DNA of 54,578 nt from positions 1 to 54,578 of the forward strand of contig JAUCBJ010007261.1 in the NCBI GenBank assembly GCA_032718475.1, in the 5' to 3' direction. Of this stretch, positions 12,846-24,371 are shown piece by piece; position 1 is the first letter of the stretch, and each line of letters opens with the position of its first letter. The position numbers were made by a program, and so were the translations under genes. Source of the DNA: Nemertoderma westbladi (lineage: Eukaryota > Animalia > Xenacoelomorpha). The notes beneath the pieces were generated by a model. It did not search any database. It was given only the letters and a program-made list of their open reading frames with translations, and was not told where the DNA came from.

Positions 12846-15800
12846 GCGGAATATGAAAGGGGGAGAACTACAAAACACAATCAAGATCTGTTACTTTCAC
12901 TTAAGGTTTATTGATGGTGATACATTGTTACTTTATTGATGGTTATATTGATGATGAAGTGGTTGAATAAATATTAAGATACCAAACAAATCCATAGAAT
13001 CATTAATTTATTCAATTGTTAATTGTTGTACCGGTATATATATAACTCCAATATATATTTGTTAGCAACTTCCCACATATATTTCAATACAAATACAATA
13101 CCGGTATCTAAATTTAACATATAAAAGATAATATATAATTATTGTTACGGGATTTATCCTTTTGCACTTCGGAGACCCAAAAAAAACCAATATATCGCCT
13201 TAATAGTCGATAGTCGTATAACGGCATTAATTATCACCCCATGTTTGTCACTTACAAAGTTCAGGTTAACAAACATTAAGGCCCAGCGGCCAAACCGTCA
13301 AATGAATTCACGTCATCACGTGGTTGCGCAATCTACCATACTTGCTTGATCAGTGTACGTAGGATGTATCGGGAGGCCCTATGTCATCCCGTGTATGTAT
13401 TAATGTCCATACAACCTATAGGGTGACCCTATGTTTTAGTGTTTTCCTCAGTGTTGCTTATATCCTTTCCCGGATGTTTACCCTATAGTTGTTACGATGT
13501 AGGTATTGTACTGTATATATGAAACCCGACTACAGTTATTTTCCCTCAAAGATCCCAGCTAGGAAGCCTCAACCTGCACCCGTAATACCGGAAACTCTGT
13601 ATTACCACCCCCACGTTGTGCATTATGGTATTATGGCATATTGATATAAAACACGAATTCATGTTATATAAACTTACTCAATGTTAAATAATAGTGTTAT
13701 CGAATATTTACTACGTAACTAGAGAGCCGCTTCACTACATAAACTAATATTGGATATTGAGTTCCGTTTGGGAGTAACCAGGGAAGGCTTGCAGACACTA
13801 AAGTTGCAATAACTTTTTGAGTGTGTGCATGGACTTTGTTCAAATTACTTGCATAATAACGCAAACCTGTTCTACTTCGATGCTCTTCCAACACATGTAA
13901 TAAAATCTATGACAATTTTATCTGACAATAAAGTAAAATAAATTTTTTGGTCTATTTCCTTTCTATTGATCTAATGTTATATATACTTGGAAAGACTCTA
14001 GAAAATATATAATAATTTTCTAAAAACAAAATTATTTTATTGTATATTTTCTATATAGAAAACTAAGTTTAAACATTACTGGATAATAACGTCTAAGCAA
14101 GTTAAAGTCTAAGTAAGTTAAAAATACTACATAATATTAAAGTGGTTGTAGTGATTTGTCTAAAAAGTAGCTAGCTGCTGTACATCACTAACAATAGGAA
14201 ATTGTTCTATTAAGCAGTTACCAAGCAACTTGTGTTATAATTAAGCAAACAAATAGCTCAATTATCAAAAAAGAGCAATTATTGGGTATTGCAAAAATAG
14301 GACATATGTTTGCATGAAATTTAATGCGTTCCGCAACATATTTTTTTATAGACTTTTTTTTGGGCAATAACAAGATAATATAGAACCTAAAAAATTTGGT
14401 TTTGGTTGATTGCGAATTTCTTATGGGTTTTTTGCTAGATTGACTCGACTATTGGGAAACATTGTAAGAATGACAAATTTGTTAAACTTTACAAATACAA
14501 ATTTATTTAACTTAACAAGTGTGACACTATTACATAAGCTTTATAAGAATGATAAGTAGTATTAGTATACTTATGCAGAACTTGCCAAGGTCTTAAAAAA
14601 TAACCTGAATTGACTGCCATGCTGCCATATGCTCAGTCAAGTGTCAGGCAGGTATAGCGAGCGTATATACTGTATAGCTCTGTACCGCTATAATCTGTAT
14701 ATGGCTGGGTTCTTTTTTAAAGTTTAACTTTAGGAAACATATTTTTTTGTGAATTATTAGTGCAGGCAGATGTGGAGGTATGCAACAATAACAATATTTA
14801 ACAAAGAGGTTTAAAAAAATGTTTCAGTAATTCATATTTTCCATTTAGGCTAGTTCCGCTAGTTTACAACTTATCTTGTTTGTTTATAAATCCTTTAAAC
14901 AAAATTTGAAAAGTAAATTTGAAGAAATGCTACAGGTACATGAAGAAGATTGGAAGATCGATTACTTTACTACTCGACTCTGCAACGCCAGTGCCAGTCC
15001 GTTGTGGCCTGGCCTAGCCAGATACTCATTGTTGTTCAGGGGGCACAATATCCCTACAGTTCGCAGGACAATGAGGGGATCATCCCTACATCCACCAACT
15101 CCTGAAATATCATCTACAGAACAACTTGTTCTTGGACGGTAGATTATTACTTATTCTGTTCTATTGTTCACACCATTTTTCTAGTGAAAGTTTGTTCTAC
15201 TGTATAATTCTACGGTATGATTCATTCAGATTCATCAATGAATTTCCTCAAAGTGGCAATAGTAAATCGTTATTGTCGGTATGCAGATATGGCGCAATAT
15301 TGAACCACCACAAGTGGAACAGAGTTTTGTTTATTGTTTTGATTAGAAAATAACACCACTGTTAACTGACCATTTCGATTAATATTTTAAATTAAATTAA
15401 AACACCCTACTTTTAAACACACTAGGCACATAGCTGGGGCTTGCAATCATTTTGCGCCATGAATTCCAGATATTACTATGTATCATGTTGCTTTGAATCT
15501 GTGTAATAGTATTAATTAACATTGATGGTATTTGAGATTAAATACAGTCGACATTCTGTAACTAAAAATATTTCTAATTTATAAAGAAGGCATGGACCAG
15601 ATATAATTATTACTAAACAGGAACACGAAAGATATAGGACTCAGCCATAACTACACATGAACACGAATAAGATAGGACCATACAGTACTCACTCAATAAG
15701 AGTTTGCAAATTACTTGCTACAGTATAAATGGTTTAAGGAATTATATAGTACTTTGCTATACTTAATAAGTGATTAACAAATGCTTGATATACAGGAAAA

Positions 15801-16185
15801 AAAAGTTACAATGACTGGCTGGCCATTATTAATGAGTACTTGACAAATGCTTGCTAAACTGTAAAACAATTGGTTTTAAACTTATCAAGTTTGAGTAACT
15901 ACTTGCATTGCAGTTGATCCAACTGTTTAACACGAACGTAACAATTGTAATAAGAATTCTGATCCGGGTACAGCATTTTGAATCTAGAACTTAAAGTATA
16001 ACACACAAACACACAGTTGTGTTTGATGTTCTAAATAGGTTTTATTTTTTTATATATTATAAAAAGTACTAGCTGACACAAAAACAAAATTACTAGCTAC
16101 CATCTTACTAACAGAAGGTCAAATAGTTGTTCTAGAACAAAAACCCTCATGATAACCGCGATCTCTATCAACCGCTAGGGGGAGG

Positions 16186-16328
16186 GTGTCGTCGCGTTAC
16201 GGCTAATGTCGCGTTATTTTTTGAGAGATTAGCCGTAACGCGACTTTGAAAGTCGCGGTACGGCTACTCAAAAAGTTGCGTTACGGCTAATGGTCGCGTT
16301 ACGGCTAATGGTCGCGTTACGGCTAATC
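16186..16328. repeat. Cluster of about 19-bp GTCGCGTTACGGCTAAT motifs (direct and inverted), probable transposon subterminal repeats
   Basis: Five direct copies and one inverted copy (TTAGCCGTAACGCGAC near 16229); partner end not found. Confidence 0.7.
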
Positions 16329-16524
16329 TATTGTCTTGGTTTTACATAGGGAATCATTATCAATAATATTCTATGGTGTTTACGTACATCAGATGAGGTC
16401 CGAATAATGTAATGTAATAATGTTTTACAGCATGGGAGTCTCCGGGGGGGGGGGGGGGGGGGGGGGGAGATATACCATCTTTCATACTGAAGGGTTCTTC
16501 GACAACCTCACATTCAATATAATA

Positions 16525-16680
16525 TTGTGGGGCGAGCCACGAAGCCTTAGCATATGGGTGCCATTAACGAGTTGACTGTCGTCATCGTCGTCTGTCGTCG
16601 TCGTCTGTCATCAATTTTTGATCGCTAATAGCTCGGCTATTCCTTGATGAATTAAACGAAACTTGGTACGTATGTAGTCC
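16525..16680 (+). mobile_element. Helentron-associated (HINE/DINE-1-like) 5' segment
   Basis: (GTC)n/TCTG microsatellite followed by TAGCTC...GAAACTTGGT, the usual layout of these elements; ends not resolved. Confidence 0.5.
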
Positions 16681-17139
16681 GGCAAAAGTTTGGTAAAGAA
16701 CGAACGAAGGCAACGTGTTTACAGTGGATACGAGTATCCATCTGCCATAAATCAGCAGTTACTCTCACAATTTCGAGACTAGTACACAGTCAGACAGTAC
16801 GGGTGTACAGGCAATGGTACCGGTAGCGGTAAGCCCAAGCCCCTACGCCTACCTCTCTACCTGCCTACCTCCACCCAGTGCTCCACACGCAAACACGGAC
16901 ACGGAAATAATAATAATTATTATTGCAGCTGACTGTTCGATTACTATTTTAAAATTACCGCCACAATAAATTGATTTGAAATTCACTTCAGGGGGGTTAG
17001 TTTAAAACAGCATTATTTAACAGTTTAAAACATCTTAATTCAATTAATACTATAATATAATACTTAATAAGTGATTAACAAATGCTTGATATACCAGTAT
17101 ACAGGAAAAAAAAGTTACAATGACTGGAGAGCACATAGT

Positions 17140-17592
17140 TTATCGGGATTGATTATGATTCCGACGCGAATTTCCTTCTATCGGCCCCAAAGCGAGACTA
17201 GCGGCCGCCGCTTCCTCTGAGTGACGAGCGATCACACGACAGGCTGCGTCGTGTCTGTTGTTACTGTGGCTCAACTCCTGGCGAGCTGTTGTCAGCTGCT
17301 GCCGCAAGGTAAACGTTTGCAGCATAACCGCGTCCCATTCGTCCTGTACAGATTTCAGCATAGCCGGGATGGTGGTAGCGGAAGGAGGTTTCGGGTTAGG
17401 CCTAATCGACGGGTTAATCTTTAAATCAACTAGCATGTGAATGGTTAGAGGCTCGCCGTTTATAGGGTCGCATCCGTTCTCCGCAATGAATTTCTCGATG
17501 AGTCGACGTTCGAACACGAAGTTCGAGGTGGGAGAAACAACTGGCTTATCTGGTACTTCGTGTGATATCGAGCAATACATATACAATGCCAT
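17140..17592 (-). CDS. PRPF19: Intronless truncated Prp19-like protein: U-box + tetramerisation coiled coil, no WD40 (150 aa)
   Basis: ATG-to-stop ORF with CSISxEVPxxPxVSP, [19 protein letters not shown], [42 protein letters not shown]; may be a paralog or pseudogene. Confidence 0.85.
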   Translation of the reverse strand: MALYMYCSISHEVPDKPVVSPTSNFVFERRLIEKFIAENGCDPINGEPLTIHMLVDLKINPSIRPNPKPPSATTIPAMLKSVQDEWDAVMLQTFTLRQQLTTARQELSHSNNRHDAACRVIARHSEEAAAASLALGPIEGNSRRNHNQSR

Positions 17593-19058
17593 TATTGCAG
17601 TACAGCAGTATTGCTGTTTTGATTGCTACAGTATTAGGCTATCAGTACAGTGATAGGGTACAGTACAGGATAGTGATTACTGTATTACCGGTACCTGATG
17701 ATGACTGATTACAGGATTTACTGCAGTACTTCAGGCAGCTGATACTGTCTGACTGTGATAAATAACACTACAATTATTGTACAGGATTGTAGAATAACCA
17801 ATAACAGAATAACGTAACTGCAGAACTGGGGTGATATGTTGTAGCGGCCAGGCTACTGTGCGGCTGACCGCGTTAAAATTTTGGTGCGGCGGGTTGAAAT
17901 ATTGCAGTATGGCGGTGTTTTGTATTACGCGCACAATCGAGCATACTAGGGTTGAAAATGACTTGGGTGTGATTAAGTTCAGTTTTATTTATTATCAATT
18001 ATTGTAGGGCGATAGTTCATTATTTTCAATAATTCGATAAAATATTATTATATAATTTACAATTTACCGGTAATTAAATAGAATTGTTTGAAAACTGCGT
18101 TAATAAACTGTTAAATAGGGGTATTATCAAAAGGTTGGGAAAAATTCGTCTGTTTTGGTAAAGTATTGAAAATGAAAAATAGGTGAACCGGTAATGGTAA
18201 AAGTAAAACAATAAATTTAAGGTCTGAATAAGGGGCAAGGGGGAACTCGATTGAGCGGTGAAACACGCTGCCTAACAACCGACCAAAATTATCAGTGAAA
18301 AAGGATCCCTTAATAAAGATTCTGAGCTTTTTTATAGTAATTTGTGCATTAAGGGGTTTCCCGATATATTACTCGATAATTAACGGTCAAAGTTCAAACA
18401 CTGGCATCTGAATGATATTGCTGAATTAATAATTACGGGTATAGCAAATAGGATGGCTGGGGAGCCAATACATGGAGATAGCCTCACTGTGTCAACTGCT
18501 AAATCAGGGCAATGCATCTATATTGGATATAGTGAATGCTCATACTACGCTGAGTTGCATTCTAAGTACAGCGATTGGATCAGTCATTCAAAAAACCCCA
18601 CAAAGAATGAATGAATGTAAAAATACATGAGTTTGTTTGAAGGTAATCCAATCCAATTAAGGCGGCCCTTCTGATGAAATGATAAATGATATGCGGGATT
18701 TAATGAATAACCAAACCAAGAACTGCACAATAAAATGGTTGTATGCGTGGTAAGGGCAGAATAATTGGCAATTGAATTCATTTTATCTATGTGAAACTGC
18801 CCATGTACAAACTTCCCAGACACCGGGAGGGTGCCGAAAATTTCAGGTCTGCCGTCATTCTAATGCCTGGAAAAGGTGAGTGATCAAAATGGTAACGGAA
18901 TAGCCCAAAATGCACAAAAATAACTATAAATAAATATCATTCTAGCATTTTAGAAGTTTGAGTTTGGCCGTCGGCGCAACGTGAATCGCTAATTAATTGA
19001 GAGGGTTCTGAGAGGATTATTACTAAATACAGTATGTACGTGGATATTAAATGCTTAA

Positions 19059-20609
19059 CCCTATTAGTACCGGGCTATAAAATGTTGTACAAATACCGGG
19101 AGGGGGTCATATTGACCCCCCCCTCTAAAATCTACAAATATTTACGAAAACGTCTGATTTTTTGTTTGTACGTAGGTATCACTTGTCTGGATCCAAACAA
19201 AAAAAAAAATTTTCGAAAAAATGTCCTGGGGTGGTTATATTGTAGCACCAAAATTACAAGTAGTGCACAATTTTCACAAAATTTGAAAGTTACATTTTCG
19301 GCTAATTATTTTTCAATACAGGTTTTTTGGGGTGCAAAATACATTGGAAAATATTTAAAAATGATATGATTACTATAAATGGCTGTTTAGTCCTCTCTGC
19401 GTAGGAAAAAAATGAAAAAAACAAGTAACCAGCACTTTTCAGTTAGAACACAAAATTTTTAATTCACTTATACGATGCTATAAATTCACATTTTCAGGTT
19501 TTCGAGGGCGCTGATTCTAATGGAATACATTTCTAATATGCCAGGTCATTGTTACTTGTATTTTTCCGCGTAATTTAGCAAATTTTGGTGCTAGCACCAA
19601 ATTTCGTACCCATCACCAAAAAGTACAAGTTTGCGATGTCCAGTGCTGTTTTTATTGATTCCATCGGATTCAGGACCCTCATAAACCCGTATAACGCAAG
19701 AAACAAGGTGATACTATCAACTTATCAATTTGCATATTTTCCAAAATTTGGTGCTGGCACAACAATTTTCACCCACCGGCGAAAAATACAAGTTTGAGAA
19801 CTCTTATGAAATTTTTACTGATTCCATTGAATTCAGAACCATCACAAACCCGTATAACGCAAGAAACAAGGTGACACAATCAATTGATATATTTGATGGT
19901 TTTCAAAATTTGGTGCTAGCACCACATTTTGCACCCACATCCGAAAAATACAAGTTTGAGATGTCTAGTTCGATAATTATATTTTCCATTGAATTCAGAA
20001 TAGCCATAAACCTCTAAAACGCAAGAAATAAATTGTCACAAGCAATTTTATATATTGAATGGATTTTCAAAATTTCGTGCTAGCACCAAAATTAGCACAC
20101 AGCACCGAAAAATACAAGTTTGATACGCTTGGTTCAACTCGTATATATTTCATCGAATCCAGAACCTCAAAAAACCCCAATTGCGTAAAAAACAAGTTTC
20201 AAATAATCAATTTACAAAATTGACTTATTTCAAAATTTGGTGCAGGCACCAAAATTTGGCACCCATCGAAAAAAACAAGTTTGAAATTTCTAAATCAATT
20301 TATATGAATTCCATCCAATTTCTAACACCAAAAAACCGGTTAAATCAAAAACCGAGATGTTACAATTCATATTTAATGAAATGTAATTTTCAAAAAACGT
20401 CTCAAAAAAAGTGCCAAAAGTAGGGTTAAAAAATGGTGCTATAACTCGAAAAGTACCCAATATTTTTGAAAACGGTTTTCACTACCATGAAGACAATAGA
20501 TTTTTAGGAAAAGTCATAAAATTTCAGATTCCCAACTGCGTTTGTTTCAGAATTATAATAAAAAAACCACGGGGGGGGTCATATTGACCCCTCCCCGGGT
20601 TTAATAGGG
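19059..20609 (+). mobile_element. piggyBac-type non-autonomous element, copy 1
   Basis: TTAA TSD, CCCTATTA...TAATAGGG termini, subterminal palindrome GGGGTCATATTGACCCC at both ends; collinear with 50711-52273. Confidence 0.9.
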
Positions 20610-21431
20610 TTAAAGATAATAATAATTTAAAACAAATTACAGTATAAGACGTTATAGTACGGGCTCTGGCGGCGTTAAGCGCAATACCTTCGGTAAATTA
20701 ACGAGACTATTATTTTTGGATGGATGACCATGTTAGACGTCAGAACACAGTTGGTGATCGGTATAGCTAATTTGCATTCTAGAACTACAGGCCAAAAACA
20801 AGCTAGCTAGCCGACCTCTACCTAACTCTATGTTGGGCCCTCTGGTTGAATATAAATGCAATCAATTTTTTCAAATGAACATTTTTCTTATAGAGGGAAG
20901 ACCGGCGATTAATTTAAATACAAATATATCGCCACTTTTATTTTTTAAATGCGATAAATTTACATGAGAACAAAATACTTTCACTTTTTTTAAGAATCCA
21001 ACATTTACATTAACTGCCATAAAATGTAGCTACTTTGGTTTAACACGTTCAAACATGTATCAAAATTTGCGCTAATTATTTCTGCATTCACCCATGCAAC
21101 TCATTTTGGATGAGTACTAAATCCTCCTAGTCAATTAGCCCGATTATTATCGGGGAAACGATAATCAGAGAATATTCAGAGAAAGTATACTCTCTGACAT
21201 TTGGAAATATTTACTACAGTTACTAAGGTAACTAACTATTCTGTGAACGGCACTCCATTACATGTATTACCTGGCGTTGTGTAGTTTCTAGGCGACTGAC
21301 TGTATACACTAAACACGCAGGCACAATCAAGTCGTTTTAAAGCAGCCCCCTGTGTTTTTTTTAATAAGAGTTAGTAGTTTACAGTATGTACCGCCGATGT
21401 TCTTTAGACTTTAGACTTTATAACTTTATAG

Positions 21432-23129
21432 CCTTTTGAACTTTGTTTAAAACCCGACAAGCTTTACAATTTGAGTTCTGGTATTCCAGTAAAAGAGGAA
21501 CAGGCAATTGAAATATTGGCTGTAAAGAAAAATGGAATAGAAGCATGTACAAAATTTACTACTGAAAGATTGGATAACTGTAATGTAAAGTTTTTTGACC
21601 CCATAACACGCATGAAGGTAACATTGTTCAAGGATACGGGAAGAAATATACAGATTAATGGAGCGGGGAAGACTAAAGTTGTAGAAGTAAATCGCAATAT
21701 ATTAGGTGCTCTTCTGGCACACAGTACTGCATCGGGAAAATTAATCGATTTTAAGAAAGCACTGGAATATCCACTTAGTCCTGTACCTCTGTCAGTCGCA
21801 TATCCAGACGGATCACCAAGAAAGACGACAAAGAGTCAACTCATGGATATTGTTCTATCATATAATGAAAACCAAATGACCAAAAATCAATTCGAGGAAA
21901 GTAATTTGAATGGTAATGTGAAGTGCTATATGCTCGATCTTATAGCAGAAATTAGAACCATCGTGTCGCCTGGCAAAACCTATGAAGATCTTGTGTTTGG
22001 AATTTTGAAGAAGATTCCAAAAGGAATAGACCGCATTGACATAATTGCAGACACCTACAATGATAAAAATTCCATAAAAATTACTGAGAGGCAAAGGCGA
22101 GGCACTTCGACAACCATACTCATTAAGTCACCGAAATCGATGCTGCCAAGAAATTTGTCTGATTTTCTTCTCAACAGTGACAATAAAAATAGACTTATTG
22201 ATATCATACAAGAACATATAGTATTCAACAAAGAGAGAATAATTGATGACCTCCAATGTAAATTTATATTATTTTCAAAGTACTGTTTATGTAGTAAGAT
22301 TGATAAAGATTCTGTTAACGAAGTTGAGTACTTGCAAAGCAATCAGGAGGAGGCAGATTCTAAAATCATTCTACACACTCAAGATGCTTTAAAACTTGGC
22401 TATTCACCAATACTAATACGTTCTCCTTCTGGGGATATTGATATTACTTTACTGTTAGTACATTTTTTTCGACATCCTCACGATCAAAACGTTATTTTAG
22501 ATAATGGAAGGAACAAATCCCGCAAGGTATTGCGAATTAGTGATTTCGAAATGCCAACAGAACTAAAAGACTGCATACTAGGAGTACACGCTTTTACAGG
22601 AAACGATCAGGTTTCATCATTCTTTGGAAAATCTAAAAAACGCTGTTGGAAGATAGCTGAAAAGCGTTCGAACTTCAGAAGAATATTTGCCGAGCTTGGA
22701 AGCTCGATAATATTAACTGCAGAGACGGAATTGGTGTTAGAGAAGTATGTGTGCTCACTGTATTCAACCAAACAAGAACAACATTGGACTGTCAATGAGC
22801 TTAGATACCAGATTTTTAATTTGCACTGCCTAAAGAAACATAGATGCCATGACTTGTCAACAATGCCCCCTTGTAAAAGAGTACTTAGTCTCCATATAAA
22901 ACGAGCCAACTATGTTGCTTACCTCTGGAAAGCATCACTAAATAGTATTATCGCGATAAATAGATTCACAGATCATGGCTGGAATGATGATGGATCCATC
23001 CACTGGTCGGATGAGTATTTCCCTTATGACATCAGCAATATTTTGATAAATTGTGACGAGGAACAAGAAAGCGGCAAAGATAGTGACGAAGATAGTGAAA
23101 CGAGCGATGAGGATGAAGCAAGTGATTAG
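21432..23129 (+). CDS. C-terminal (XPG/FEN-like nuclease) half of the Academ protein, uninterrupted frame
   Basis: Frame open from PFELC...LYNLSSG; motifs YPLSPVPLS, DIIADTY, QEEADSKIILH, SPSGDIDI, HAFTGNDQVSSFFGKSK, PPC...LHIKRANY, GW, acidic tail; first ATG near 21612. Confidence 0.8.
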   Translation, partial: PFELCLKPDKLYNLSSGIPVKEEQAIEILAVKKNGIEACTKFTTERLDNCNVKFFDPITRMKVTLFKDTGRNIQINGAGKTKVVEVNRNILGALLAHSTASGKLIDFKKALEYPLSPVPLSVAYPDGSPRKTTKSQLMDIVLSYNENQMTKNQFEESNLNGNVKCYMLDLIAEIRTIVSPGKTYEDLVFGILKKIPKGIDRIDIIADTYNDKNSIKITERQRRGTSTTILIKSPKSMLPRNLSDFLLNSDNKNRLIDIIQEHIVFNKERIIDDLQCKFILFSKYCLCSKIDKDSVNEVEYLQSNQEEADSKIILHTQDALKLGYSPILIRSPSGDIDITLLLVHFFRHPHDQNVILDNGRNKSRKVLRISDFEMPTELKDCILGVHAFTGNDQVSSFFGKSKKRCWKIAEKRSNFRRIFAELGSSIILTAETELVLEKYVCSLYSTKQEQHWTVNELRYQIFNLHCLKKHRCHDLSTMPPCKRVLSLHIKRANYVAYLWKASLNSIIAINRFTDHGWNDDGSIHWSDEYFPYDISNILINCDEEQESGKDSDEDSETSDEDEASD

Positions 23130-23229
23130 TTTAGGACAACTTTCATGATTCATTTGGCATTATTGCCAATGCATTTACATTATACTGTATTAGTAGTAAT
23201 ATATTATATTTATTGATAATTACTAAAAT

Positions 23230-23410
23230 TAAATAGTTAAATAAGCAGCAAAGTTCTGGCGACAAGGCAGAAAGGCTCTGCAAATCTGATTGCACTACCG
23301 GATGCTAAACTTACTACGTATATGTGGAGACATACTGTAGGACAGTGAAGTAGAACATGATGTTCGTCCTGTACAGCTGAGTTGTCGCACTGACAGACTA
23401 ATGAAGAATT
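23230..23410 (-). mobile_element. Short LINE ORF2 C-terminal fragment inside the Academ
   Basis: Minus strand reads CQCDNSAVQDEHHVLLHCP then HIRSKF after a frameshift (LINE C-terminal zinc-finger motif). Confidence 0.55.
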
Positions 23411-23918
23411 CTAATGAAGAATTAAGTAACTTATAAACAGGAGTGTTTGCATTCTTTACATAATTTGAATATACAGTGGAAGGAATATCCATCCATATTT
23501 ATGTTCTTAAGCATTTATGTAATAAATTTTTTCCGAGCCTTAAGAATACATTATACATACCTTAATGGTGGAACCCCCAATTATACTAAACCGAGATCTA
23601 TAAGAGTTTGTACACGGACATTTAATAGTATTTTACCATCCTACACGCCTTCCAATGTTGATATATTTATTACCTTACAGAAAACTATATAAGATATTAC
23701 CTTTCCTTTAATACACCCGATTTACTGATATACCTACTTACTTATATTGTAATATATTCATTGATTGCATGGCATTTCTGTTCTGTACGTTTCGTTTATG
23801 GCAAATTATATTCCCTCTGGTAAACAAAATTTGTTGCTGTTAAATAAATAATTATAATTATATTGAAGAAATGACAATTTATTTTAGTAAATATTATTTT
23901 CCTATTTGCTAAGAATAT

Positions 23919-24371
23919 TATAACTTTGCTTCGGTTTTTGTCACAACATAATAAGATACTGTAGTAGAAAAGTTTGAAAGCGAAAGTATAAATTCTGACT
24001 CTCGGAATATCAGTTCCATCTTTGTATTATTTATCTAGGGAGCCCACAACCGGAGTGCCACCGATTAATTGTTCGGGTAACACTAGATCTTTGAACAATG
24101 AGTACAGTTCAGGAGGATCTGTCATAAGAATTTGCAACGATCTGTATAACTTTGCTTCGGTTTTTGTCACAACATAATAAGATACTGTAGTAGAAAAGTT
24201 TGAAAGCGAAAGTATAAATTCTGACTCTCGGAATATCAGTTCCATCTTTGTATTATTTATCTAGGGAGCCCACAACCGGAGTGCCACCGATTAATTGTTC
24301 GGGTAACACTAGATCTTTGAACAATGAGTACAGTTCAGGAGGATCTGTCATAAGAATTTGCAACGATCTGT
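23919..24371. repeat. 226-bp tandem duplication
   Basis: TATAACTTTGCTTCGG starts at 23919 and 24145; the copies look identical. Confidence 0.95.

Larger units (their letters stand above)
10627..14451 (+). mobile_element. Academ DNA transposon, internally deleted
   Basis: TAGT...ACTA termini, 3-bp TSD TTG, about 340-bp TIRs (10627-10975 vs 14120-14451), transposase remnants inside. Confidence 0.85.
10509..15968. mobile_element. Non-autonomous TIR element with CCC...GGG termini and TA TSD (EnSpm/Plavaka-like), hosting an Academ
   Basis: Left CCCGGATCAGAGTTCTTAGTAAAATTG vs right reverse complement CCCGGATCAGAATTCTTATTACAATTG; TA on both sides; superfamily is inferred. Confidence 0.75.

Noticed and set aside
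13143-13720. Solo LTR (TGTTACG...CGTAACT)
   Set aside because: The end is not CA and no matching TSD was found
16900-17592. First exon of the normal PRPF19 gene
   Set aside because: In-frame stop after divergent residues, no convincing donor, no WD40 exons visible downstream in the window
18400-18880. Coding-like stretch upstream of the Prp19 ORF
   Set aside because: Short frames on both strands with no recognisable motif
21464-23153. Minus-strand ORFs over the Academ gene (likewise shadow ORFs over the RTE, Kolobok and piggyBac elements)
   Set aside because: Antisense or alternative-frame shadows with no independent motifs
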